Assembly (NCBI GenBank): GCA_039801225.1
Contig: JBDRUH010000020.1
Coordinates: forward strand, 1 to 24,097
Source of the DNA: a candidate division WOR-3 bacterium
GTDB taxonomy: Bacteria; Hydrothermota; Tepidihabitantia; Tepidihabitantales; Tepidihabitantaceae
Direction: 5' to 3'
DNA length: 24,097 nucleotides
In this document: positions 1-7,445 of the stretch, in pieces
Numbering within the stretch: position 1 is the first letter of the stretch
Layout: every line of letters starts with the position of its first letter
Program-made: the position numbers and the translations under genes
The notes under the pieces: generated by a model
Seen by the model: the letters and a program-made list of their open reading frames with translations, nothing else
Databases searched by the model: none
Told to the model about the DNA's origin: nothing

Positions 1-11
1 AGGACCGAAGA

Positions 12-25
12 GCGGTCGGAATGAC
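12..25. repeat. Right end of GTCATT/AATGAC palindromic repeat family (truncated by window edge)
   Basis: CGGTCGGAATGAC is identical to the ends of the copies at 692-704, 1567-1579 and 1594-1606. Confidence 0.75.
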
Positions 26-48
26 AAAAGGGAGTGGTGGAATGGTAT

Positions 49-76
49 TTGACACTTGTTGTTGCCATAATATCAT
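49..76 (+). promoter_or_regulatory. Sigma70-type promoter for the DUF4258/DUF2283 operon
   Basis: TTGACA (49-54), 16 nt spacer, TATCAT (71-76). The GTG start lies 8 nt after the -10 box and has no SD. Confidence 0.6.
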
Positions 77-84
77 AATAATCA

Positions 85-339
85 GTGAAGCCAGTTAGAT
101 GGTCAAAGCATGCCAGAGAAGAGGCAGAGCGTCGGGGAATTCCTGTTGGTCTGGTGGAAAATGTGCTTGCCAGTCCCGAACAGGTTGCTTCGGGATATGG
201 GAATACGCAGGTCTGCCAATCACGCAAAGAAATGGGCAATAAGATATATTTAATCCGTGTAATTGTTGTAGAATCAAAAGAGGAAAGAATAATTGTTACT
301 GTTTATCGGACAACAAAAGTAAGTAAATACTGGAGGTGA
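85..339 (+). CDS. DUF4258-family protein, putative RelE/BrnT-like toxin
   Basis: 84 aa basic protein with WSKHAREEAERRGI at the N-terminus and IRVIV...IIVTVYRT at the C-terminus, directly upstream of a DUF2283-like gene. Confidence 0.8.
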   Translation: MKPVRWSKHAREEAERRGIPVGLVENVLASPEQVASGYGNTQVCQSRKEMGNKIYLIRVIVVESKEERIIVTVYRTTKVSKYWR

Positions 340-341
340 AA

Positions 342-536
342 ATGAAGGTAACATATGACCCGGAGGTTGATGTTCTGAGAGTCATTCTCAGTAACGCACC
401 GGTTGAGGAGAGTGACGAGGACAAGCCCGGGGTTATTATTGATTATGACAAGGATGGTAACATCGTCGGGTTTGAGATTCTTGATGCCTCCAAACGGGTA
501 GAAAACCCCCGGTCGTTGGAGTATGCGATAGCGTGA
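342..536 (+). CDS. DUF2283-family protein, putative antitoxin
   Basis: MKVTYDPEVDVLRV...IIDYDKDGNIVGFEILDAS is the DUF2283 signature. SD GGAGG at 332-336 favours ATG 342 over GTG 336. Confidence 0.85.
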   Translation: MKVTYDPEVDVLRVILSNAPVEESDEDKPGVIIDYDKDGNIVGFEILDASKRVENPRSLEYAIA

Positions 537-548
537 TAGGCGAGGGAA

Positions 549-649
549 TTAGTTCTTAATTTATAGTTTTTGGTTCTCAACTGTAGGGCCCGAATCGAGC
601 AAACCTAAAGGTTTGCCCTACAAAAGGAGAACTAAAAACCAGTAACTAA
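549..649. repeat. Nested element: inverted heptamer tracts enclosing a GTAG-type REP
   Basis: Left arm TTAGTTC TTAATTT ATAGTTT TTGGTTC (549-576) and right arm GAACTAA AAACCAG TAACTAA (629-649). Between them TGTAGGGC (582-589) ... GCCCTACA (615-622), with hairpin GCAAACCT-AA-AGGTTTGC (599-616). Confidence 0.7.
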
Positions 650-654
650 CCTGA

Positions 655-775
655 GGGATTCCTCCACTCGCCCTCGCCAAAGGCTCGGGCTCGGTCGGAA
701 TGACCACCCTATCAGTCATTCCGAGCGGAGCCGAGGAATCTATTATAAGGGATTTCTCGGCAGGCTCGAAATGAC
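655..775. repeat. Cluster of three GTCATT/AATGAC palindromic repeat halves
   Basis: GGGATTCCTCCACTCGC...GCTCGGTCGGAATGAC (655-704), GTCATTCCGAGCGGAGCCGAGGAATCT (715-741) and GGGATTTCTCGGCAGGCTCGAAATGAC (749-775), in alternating orientation. Confidence 0.85.
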
Positions 776-796
776 GGATAGTCAGTGTATGCTAAT

Positions 797-1135
797 TTAA
801 GGTGCGGCGAGTATCTGCTGCAGCTGTTTGATAAGGGTTGGCAGTTTATTCTGAATGACATCCCAGATAATATCGGTATCTATGCCGAAGTAGTCGTGGA
901 TTAAAATATCTCGCAATCCAGCAATTTTCTTCCACTCAACTTCAGGATATTTGTCTTTGATTTCATCCGACACCTTCTTTACCGCTTCACCGATGACCTC
1001 AAGGTTTCTTACGACCGCATCGCGCGTTTTTCGGTCCTGGGCAAATTGTTCTTTGGTCATCCCGGCGACGAACTGACGCGCTACGGTTGCTGCCTCAACG
1101 ATGTCCTCAAGAAAAGCCTTATAGTCCCGGGGCAT
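797..1135 (-). CDS. hepT: HepT-like HEPN RNase toxin (DUF86)
   Basis: RDILIHDY matches RX4HXY; AVVRNLEVIGEA and PEVEWKKIAGLR are typical. Start moved to ATG 1135 (MPRDYK), overlapping the end of the nucleotidyltransferase gene. Confidence 0.9.
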   Translation of the reverse strand: MPRDYKAFLEDIVEAATVARQFVAGMTKEQFAQDRKTRDAVVRNLEVIGEAVKKVSDEIKDKYPEVEWKKIAGLRDILIHDYFGIDTDIIWDVIQNKLPTLIKQLQQILAAP

Positions 1136-1418
1136 AAACCGCCTCAGCGAGAATCGCGTTGCGCAGCCGGGGTTTGACCGCATCTTTCAAGACAAGGTCA
1201 ACAGGAACGCCGAACAACTCTTCAAGGAAAAATTTCAGTTCCATATAGTTGTCAAAGGTCTTGTGCTCAAATTCAACAAGAAAGTCCAGGTCACTTGTCT
1301 CAACTGCCTGGTTGCGCGCGGCTGAGCCGAATAATGCCAGACTCTTAACCCCGAAAGACTTTATTTTGTCGCGGTGCCGGGCAAGAAGTTGGACTATTTG
1401 TTCGCGGGTTTGAACCAT
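1119..1418 (-). CDS. mntA: MntA-like minimal nucleotidyltransferase antitoxin
   Basis: LFGSAARNQAVETSDLDFLVEF matches GSX10DXD; 99 aa; directly upstream of the HEPN gene. Confidence 0.9.
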   Translation of the reverse strand: MVQTREQIVQLLARHRDKIKSFGVKSLALFGSAARNQAVETSDLDFLVEFEHKTFDNYMELKFFLEELFGVPVDLVLKDAVKPRLRNAILAEAVYAPGL

Positions 1419-1424
1419 AAATGT

Positions 1425-1452
1425 AGTATATACTTTGGCACAAATATGTCAA
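1425..1452 (-). promoter_or_regulatory. Sigma70-type promoter for mntA-hepT, probably leaderless
   Basis: Minus strand TTGACA (1452-1447), 16 nt spacer, TATACT (1430-1425). Only 6 nt separate the -10 box from ATG 1418; no SD. Confidence 0.7.
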
Positions 1453-1485
1453 CTGCTGCCTAAAAAATATGAGCCTATCCGATTT

Positions 1486-1641
1486 GCTCGGAATGATGCC
1501 CCACTCCAAGTCATTGCGAGGAGAGTCGAGGAATCTGAATAAGGGATTCCTCCACTCGCTTACGCTCGGTCGGAATGACGGGGCGAGGGGGCTCGGTCGG
1601 AATGACGGGGCGAGGGGGTTCGCAATGACGGAGGCGAGGGG
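1486..1641. repeat. Second GTCATT/AATGAC repeat cluster with 27-bp tandem duplication
   Basis: GCTCGGAATGAT (1486-1497), GTCATTGCGAGGAGAGTCGAGGAATCT (1510-1536), GGGATTCCTCCACTCGCTTACGCTCGGTCGGAATGAC (1543-1579). GCTCGGTCGGAATGACGGGGCGAGGGG occurs twice exactly (1564-1590, 1591-1617), then a degenerate third copy (1618-1641). Confidence 0.85.
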
Positions 1642-1785
1642 CGGGTAATGAGGTGAGTATCAGGTAAGGTGATTGCCAGGCGGAAAAATGGGAGAGAAAA
1701 ATTGGCTATTGAGGAAGCGTTTTTTAAATGAAGATTACACTAGTTGATTTAAAGCAGGAATAGATTTTCGTCTTTCAAGTGGTTT

Positions 1786-2391
1786 CTATCCAGATTCCGG
1801 GGTATATATGCCATCTTTGTATAATTTTCTTCGCAATTTTTCCTCAAGTTCTAAAATTTTTTCTTTGGGACGGGGTCTAAGTGGTCTTGCGGGTGAACCG
1901 ACATAAATTGTCCAGGGTTCTACATTTTGGGTAACAAATGAATTTGCCCCAATTGCTGCTCCTTCTCCTATTTCTATACCTTCTACATCGGGGAGGATGA
2001 CAGAATTGGCACCAATGAGGGCGTGTTTTCTTAAGGTTACGAAAGAACGGATTGGGTTTCGGTAGGGTTCGGGGACGGTTGGACCGGTTAGTGAACCTCC
2101 CAGATAGTCGTCGTTGCCTGTATAAAGTTTCACGCCACTGGAAATACCGACAAAATCTTCTATGAGCAGGTCACCTCCGCCACTGATTAATACATAGGGG
2201 GCGATATGGACGAAACTACCGATTGTTGTGGATTTACCGGCGATGAGGAGAACAAAGTCATCTATTATTACTCTGTCACCTAAAGATATCAGTTCGGGAT
2301 GGACTATTTTTGCCGTTGGGCGGATGATAACATCTTTTCCGATTTTGGCAAATTTTAACCGGTTAGCCTGATTTAATTCACTGTTAGCCAT
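1786..2391 (-). CDS. vioB: Hexapeptide-repeat acyltransferase, VioB-like (dTDP-4-amino-4,6-dideoxyglucose N-acyltransferase)
   Basis: Left-handed beta-helix repeats. IIDDFV, VHIAPY, ISSGVKLYTGNDDYLG..LTGPTVP and EGAAIGANS..VGSPARP resemble VioB as I recall it, and vioA is in the same operon. Confidence 0.7.
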   Translation of the reverse strand: MANSELNQANRLKFAKIGKDVIIRPTAKIVHPELISLGDRVIIDDFVLLIAGKSTTIGSFVHIAPYVLISGGGDLLIEDFVGISSGVKLYTGNDDYLGGSLTGPTVPEPYRNPIRSFVTLRKHALIGANSVILPDVEGIEIGEGAAIGANSFVTQNVEPWTIYVGSPARPLRPRPKEKILELEEKLRRKLYKDGIYTPESG

Positions 2392-2460
2392 TTTACCGAT
2401 AGTTATAAAAGAAAGTTAATTTGATTTTCTTCAATTTTAGGGGCACAAAATACGAATAAC

Positions 2461-3111
2461 TCATCTGATTTCCCTGATTAACTGAAAGCATTCTGCGGCT
2501 TTGAGACCAATAGTTAAACCTCGTTCCTGGGCAATGAGTTTAAGCCCTTCTAAGGACCTGGGATGCGGAAACTCCTTTAACTCGGTTTTATAGCACTTCA
2601 TCGCTTCAAGTTTTTTATCAAGAAAATCAGAAATATCAATATAAACATTGGGGACAAATGCGGTATTGCCAAAACGGACGGTAGGTCCTATTTCGTAACA
2701 TAAAAGACGGCGAACCGGGCTTTTTGGTAAGGGTCTGGTGGCAACAAGGGTGGCATCAAATACCAGGCGATGGTCCTGATTGATAGCACAGGCGGAGGAG
2801 GTGTAAACAATCTCGGGTTTAACTTCATCTACAACTCGTTGCAAGGCGCTTGTTAACTCCATATTGGGCACAGTGTTTAACCTCACCGTGGGGAAACCAA
2901 GAAAGAAAACCTGTTTGATACCGTAAATTTTTCGGACTTCTTCAACCTGTTTCTTCTGGATTTCCGCGATAGTTTCTGACCAGGGCGGCAAATTGGCCAG
3001 GGTAACTATGCAAAGAAACACCTCATCGCCTTCTGCTATTGAACGGGCGATGGTTCCACCCGCACCAATAGTTTCATCGTCAGGATGTGGTGCTATTACC
3101 AGTATGCGCAT
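2461..3111 (-). CDS. PIG-L/LmbE-family de-N-acetylase
   Basis: ILVIAPHPDDETIGAGGT, QDHR and KKLEAMKCYKTEL..FPHPRS motifs. Confidence 0.9.
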   Translation of the reverse strand: MRILVIAPHPDDETIGAGGTIARSIAEGDEVFLCIVTLANLPPWSETIAEIQKKQVEEVRKIYGIKQVFFLGFPTVRLNTVPNMELTSALQRVVDEVKPEIVYTSSACAINQDHRLVFDATLVATRPLPKSPVRRLLCYEIGPTVRFGNTAFVPNVYIDISDFLDKKLEAMKCYKTELKEFPHPRSLEGLKLIAQERGLTIGLKAAECFQLIREIR

Positions 3112-3145
3112 TTATTCTCCATTTTTAAAATTACTCTCAATTAGG

Positions 3146-3796
3146 TTATAACTTTTTCTCCATCTTGCTATCCGAGCGGACAAGATATTCTGCTGCGTTC
3201 TTCCTCTTAAGAACAATAATAAGTGTATGGAAGAGAATTTTAAAATCAAGTCCAAGCGACCAGCGTTCCACATATTCGGAGTGGAATTTTCTTCTTTGTT
3301 CGGGTGTAAGGGCGTATCTACCTTTGATTGCCCCGAGCCCGGTTACTCCCGGACGCATCCTGAGCGCAACTCGTTCATACTCAGTGTAATTATTAACCTG
3401 AACCGGCAGGGGTGCCCGTGGTCCAATGATGCTCATATCACCTTTGATTATGTTGATAAGTTGCGGCAGTTCGTCAAGCCCGTATTCGCGCAGGAATCTG
3501 CCCACTTTGGTAATTCTTGCCTCCTCCTCTTCAGTCCATTCGGAGAGATTTGGTTTTGGTGAGCCGGTCATAGTTCTAAACTTTAACATCTTGAAAATCC
3601 TGCCGTTCTTTCCGACCCGCTCCTGAACAAAGAAGACCGGTCCGGGCGAGGTTAGTTTGATGATAAGGGCGATGAGAGCCAAAAAGGGTAAAAGCAGAAT
3701 CAGCATTACTGTGCAGACGAGGATGTCAAAGAACCGCTTTACTGCAAGTTTGACTGACAGTTGACGGCTGACGGCTGACGGCTGTTTAGAAGACAT
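3146..3796 (-). CDS. Initiating phosphoglycosyl transferase (bacterial sugar transferase, PglC-like)
   Basis: KRFFDI plus hydrophobic helix, QERVG, KFRTM, LDELPQLINIIKGDMSIIGPR and RPGVTG motifs. Confidence 0.92.
   Translation of the reverse strand: MSSKQPSAVSRQLSVKLAVKRFFDILVCTVMLILLLPFLALIALIIKLTSPGPVFFVQERVGKNGRIFKMLKFRTMTGSPKPNLSEWTEEEEARITKVGRFLREYGLDELPQLINIIKGDMSIIGPRAPLPVQVNNYTEYERVALRMRPGVTGLGAIKGRYALTPEQRRKFHSEYVERWSLGLDFKILFHTLIIVLKRKNAAEYLVRSDSKMEKKL
3751..3785. repeat. 5 x 7-bp imperfect tandem repeat in the 5' end of the sugar transferase gene
   Basis: TGACTGA CAGTTGA CGGCTGA CGGCTGA CGGCTGT, encoding QPSAVSRQLSV on the minus strand. Confidence 0.8.
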
Positions 3797-4763
3797 CGGA
3801 GTCGCTCATCATCAGATGCCAGTTGCGATAGGAGTAAAACGGGCTATCAGGCGAAGAGGAGTTAAGCACCTTGCCGCCAAAATAGACAACCGGCGCGCCG
3901 GGCTTGAAGCCGAGGCGTTCAAGTTCAATATGCAAAGGGTTTGCCGGGTTCAGCCACATACTGACCGATTCCAGACTTTCCTCTTGCGCAATATCAATGG
4001 CACGAGTAACCAGTGCTAACCCGATGTCAGTTTGAGGAACGGTGAGTAAATCCACTATCTGCAGTTCCTGATTATATTGTTTCAAAACCGCATAGCCGAG
4101 TAAATCACTTTGGTGAGAATAACTTAAAATGCGGTATTGGGCAATGGGGTTAAGGACAAATCGCCAGTTCAAATATCTGCTGTCCCGTTTCACAATCACC
4201 CGGTATTCTTTACCGGCATTGAACCACAGCCGGTCAAACCTTTCATCAAACTTCTTAAGTTCCTCAATATATTTATCACTTCTGTCTGCCGTTCTCTGTC
4301 TCCGGTTCCTGAAATTTAAACTAAACTTCGGCACCTCATAGATATCAATGAACCCGAGTTTGTCTACTATTAATGGATGGGATGCCGAGTTCGGGAAGGC
4401 ATAAAATAAAATCAGCCCTTCGGAAATCATCCGTGCAACTGCCCGTTTGTATAGAGTGGTAAAAAGTCCCTGCCCGCGGTAATCAGGATGGGTCATTGCT
4501 GTTCCACCAAGCCCGGCACGGAGTTCTTTGCCATCACAGACAATATTTACCAAGGTTACTCCGTGATGAGCGCAGAGTTTGTTGCCATCCCAAACCAAAT
4601 CACAGATACCCGGTCCGGCGGGATTGTCAAGAAAACGCCAGCGGTAGAAATCAGTTGCTATAGATATTCCAAAAGTAGTGTGCAGCAAATTAACAATCGT
4701 CTCTTCATTTCCAGGTATGAAGGGCTTTATCTCAAGGTTTTTGGTGAATTTATTCTTATTCAT
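3786..4763 (-). CDS. Tandem-GNAT-fold acyltransferase
   Basis: AMTHPDYRGQGLF acyl-CoA motif, YAFPN, two WRF..NP motifs and C-terminal SDSDVF. Confidence 0.8.
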   Translation of the reverse strand: MNKNKFTKNLEIKPFIPGNEETIVNLLHTTFGISIATDFYRWRFLDNPAGPGICDLVWDGNKLCAHHGVTLVNIVCDGKELRAGLGGTAMTHPDYRGQGLFTTLYKRAVARMISEGLILFYAFPNSASHPLIVDKLGFIDIYEVPKFSLNFRNRRQRTADRSDKYIEELKKFDERFDRLWFNAGKEYRVIVKRDSRYLNWRFVLNPIAQYRILSYSHQSDLLGYAVLKQYNQELQIVDLLTVPQTDIGLALVTRAIDIAQEESLESVSMWLNPANPLHIELERLGFKPGAPVVYFGGKVLNSSSPDSPFYSYRNWHLMMSDSDVF

Positions 4764-4787
4764 TATTGTTAACCTTTTTAATAATGT

Positions 4788-5978
4788 CTATACTTTTTTC
4801 TTCACCATCAGCAGTTCTGCGTATAGTTTTTCAATACCCTGCCAGATTTGTTCGGGCTGAAACTCAGCAATAACTCTTTTTCTGCCTGCTTCACCCATCT
4901 GTCTTGCCAGATCGGGGTTTTCCAGTAAACGGGCAATCGCATCTGCGAGCGCCTTGGCATTCCCTTTAGGTACAATATAGCCGGTAACACCATTTATCAC
5001 CGAATCAATAGCGCCGGTGGCATCGGTCGTTACAACCGGCTTACCGGCAGCATTCGCTTCAATACTCACATTGCCAAATCCTTCACGATGGGTTGGAAAT
5101 GCGAGAATATCCATAAGGTAATAATAGGGAACGGGGTCATCAACAAATCCGACAGTAATTATCTCCGGTGTCTCCTTTATTAACTGGCGGGTTTCTATGT
5201 CAATCGGGTCGCCTTCCTCAAATTCTCCAACAAGAAGGAGCCGTAGAGATGGAAAGCGGTTTTTGAGAAGGAAATAGGCTTGAATCAGTTCTTTAATGCC
5301 TTTGTCCCGGACAAGCCGACCGACAAAACCAACAACTGGAGGCAAGGGAGAAGTGGAGGCGAGTCCGAGTTTCTGTCTGAGATACTCAACCTGGGCTTGG
5401 CGTTCGGGAGTAAATGCAAATTGCTCTATAGATACACCGCGAGAACTCCCGGAGCCAATGACAACAAACTTATCAGGAGGTCCTAATTGCAATTCAATAG
5501 CTTTCTGCCTGAGGCTGGGGCTTATACAGATAACTTTGTGCGCACAGGCACAGATAATTCTATCAAGCCCCCGAAGAATTCGGTTTAGAATACCGCCGAT
5601 TGTCTCAAAGCGAAGACCGCGCATAGTGTAAACACGACAAGGAACCCGACACAAAAAGGCAGATAAGATGAACAGCAGCCCGGCTTTTCCGGCGCCGACA
5701 TCAACAATATCAGGTTTTAGTCGGCGGACCAAGAGATATGCCCTAACAAATGATGGTATATCATAGAAAATTGATATTTCCCGTCTCATTGGTAAGGGGT
5801 GAATCGTAATGCCTTCTTCTTTGTGTCTGTCTTCAAGTTCTTTGCCGGGCGAGGAAGCAAGATGGACATCAAATCCTTTGTTTTTGAAATAAGTCAATCT
5901 CCCTTTAAATAATAAGGTGCTTATGGACGCAGTCGTTGCATATAACAGTTTCGTTTTCTTTAATCTGGCGGTGGACAA
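4788..5978 (-). CDS. GT4 glycosyltransferase (CapM-like)
   Basis: FVGRLVRDKGIKEL, FPTHREGFGNVSIEANAAGKPVV and DSVINGVTG; TTG start. Confidence 0.9.
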   Translation of the reverse strand: MSTARLKKTKLLYATTASISTLLFKGRLTYFKNKGFDVHLASSPGKELEDRHKEEGITIHPLPMRREISIFYDIPSFVRAYLLVRRLKPDIVDVGAGKAGLLFILSAFLCRVPCRVYTMRGLRFETIGGILNRILRGLDRIICACAHKVICISPSLRQKAIELQLGPPDKFVVIGSGSSRGVSIEQFAFTPERQAQVEYLRQKLGLASTSPLPPVVGFVGRLVRDKGIKELIQAYFLLKNRFPSLRLLLVGEFEEGDPIDIETRQLIKETPEIITVGFVDDPVPYYYLMDILAFPTHREGFGNVSIEANAAGKPVVTTDATGAIDSVINGVTGYIVPKGNAKALADAIARLLENPDLARQMGEAGRKRVIAEFQPEQIWQGIEKLYAELLMVKKKV

Positions 5979-6001
5979 TTAATCTATTACTCCAGTTGTT
6001 A

Positions 6002-7414
6002 TTATTTATTAATTTTTTTCTCGTTTCTCGGTGTTACCATCTCAACCTTTTTAGATTTATCCATTGCGCCGAGATATATAGCGACCAACAAGACAAAGGC
6101 TGGAATTATCTGGGTTCGGTGTCGCACCATCGTTCCCAGGTTGGCGGTATAGTTTAAAAACATCAACGCCCATAATGCGATCCATACTAATAAAAATCTG
6201 ATAATCGCAACAGAACGGTGGAGAATAAATGAGGATTTGCGTTTATATCGGAACATTTTTGCCAGAAACCAGATAAAAAATGCCACAAATATGGCTGTTT
6301 CCAGGGCGGAAAGGAATGCCGCCAGGTTGTGGGCTTCAAAGATAAATGGTCTAAAAAATAGCACCGCAAAGGATTCGGGTAACTTGCGAATAAAATCTGT
6401 AAGAGATTCATATCCCTGCAGTCCAGTTCCTGAGCCCCCGGAATATTCCGGATTAGATTCACGAAATTCGCCCGCCCTTTCCACCACCTCTTCCAGTTCA
6501 AACCTTTCCAGTCCTATCTTTCTCATTCCGATATTCATAAGCGCAGGCCAGACGAGAATGCCGGCAATAATCCCAAGGATGACAAAGAGCCGGAAGGCTG
6601 GTTTAGGAATCCACCGGCGTTGCGCCGGGTTTTGTTTCTGAAAGAATATGAACAACATTCCTGCGAGCAATGCCGGGGTTTGAATAAGTACTAAATGAGG
6701 ACGGAATAGAGCGCACAAGTATACCCCCGCGGCCATCATAATAAATCTGCTTGCTATTTTCCCTTCGGTGCAGATAGAGATGACTCCATATACACCAAGG
6801 GCAATTCCCAGGGAGACAAAGGGGTCCTTGCCCATCAGTGTTGTCCAGAAGATAAACGAAGGATAAAATAACAATGCATAGCGAATCCATTTAATTTGAG
6901 GAGCAAGTAACCGTGCCGATTTAAAATACAACCAGCTTGCCAGTAGTCCCATAAATCCTTGAAGGATCCAAATGCCCACCATAGAACGACCGATTAAGGC
7001 ATAGATATATCCTACAAACACCGAGACATTCTCGCCGCCGCCGCCAAATGTAAAGAGGGGTAATTCCCGAGCGGTGGTAATCTGGAGAGCGTAATTGGCG
7101 CCTTCCCGGTCGTATTTTACCCAGTCAGGCGTCCCACCTGTTTTTAATAACAATCTAAACACCCCGAATCCGATTAAAAGCCGTAAAATCCAGACAAGCA
7201 AAATAACTGTGCCCTCTTCGTCTCTTTCGGCGAAGAAGATTACTATTAATGATAAAGCAATCGCAACACCCACGCCGGTGAGGGGCTCGTTCCATATGAC
7301 TGTGGTGAATAGACCTCCAAGAATCAAAGTGAATAGCAAAATCACCAGTGTAATAGGATTAACGCGCATCCTCCGGTGGTCAGCCGGCGATAAATAATTA
7401 GTCTTTATTGCCAT
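6002..7414 (-). CDS. Polytopic membrane protein, probable Wzy polymerase
   Basis: About 10-12 hydrophobic segments with large loops, KDP and NLGTMVRHR motifs, located among glycosyltransferases in a wzx-containing cluster. Confidence 0.65.
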   Translation of the reverse strand: MAIKTNYLSPADHRRMRVNPITLVILLFTLILGGLFTTVIWNEPLTGVGVAIALSLIVIFFAERDEEGTVILLVWILRLLIGFGVFRLLLKTGGTPDWVKYDREGANYALQITTARELPLFTFGGGGENVSVFVGYIYALIGRSMVGIWILQGFMGLLASWLYFKSARLLAPQIKWIRYALLFYPSFIFWTTLMGKDPFVSLGIALGVYGVISICTEGKIASRFIMMAAGVYLCALFRPHLVLIQTPALLAGMLFIFFQKQNPAQRRWIPKPAFRLFVILGIIAGILVWPALMNIGMRKIGLERFELEEVVERAGEFRESNPEYSGGSGTGLQGYESLTDFIRKLPESFAVLFFRPFIFEAHNLAAFLSALETAIFVAFFIWFLAKMFRYKRKSSFILHRSVAIIRFLLVWIALWALMFLNYTANLGTMVRHRTQIIPAFVLLVAIYLGAMDKSKKVEMVTPRNEKKINK

Positions 7415-7445
7415 TAGTTACCTCTCCAAGTCCAAGATATTATAT

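Noticed and set aside
549..775. Integron attC sites
   Set aside because: No convincing RYYYAAC...GTTRRRY boxes with the expected paired L boxes, and no integrase in the window.
1136..1183. N-terminal extension of HepT in the ORF track
   Set aside because: It lies inside mntA, and the family-like sequence starts at MPRDYK (1135).
1564..1641. CRISPR array
   Set aside because: The units are contiguous tandem copies with no unique spacers, and no cas genes are present.
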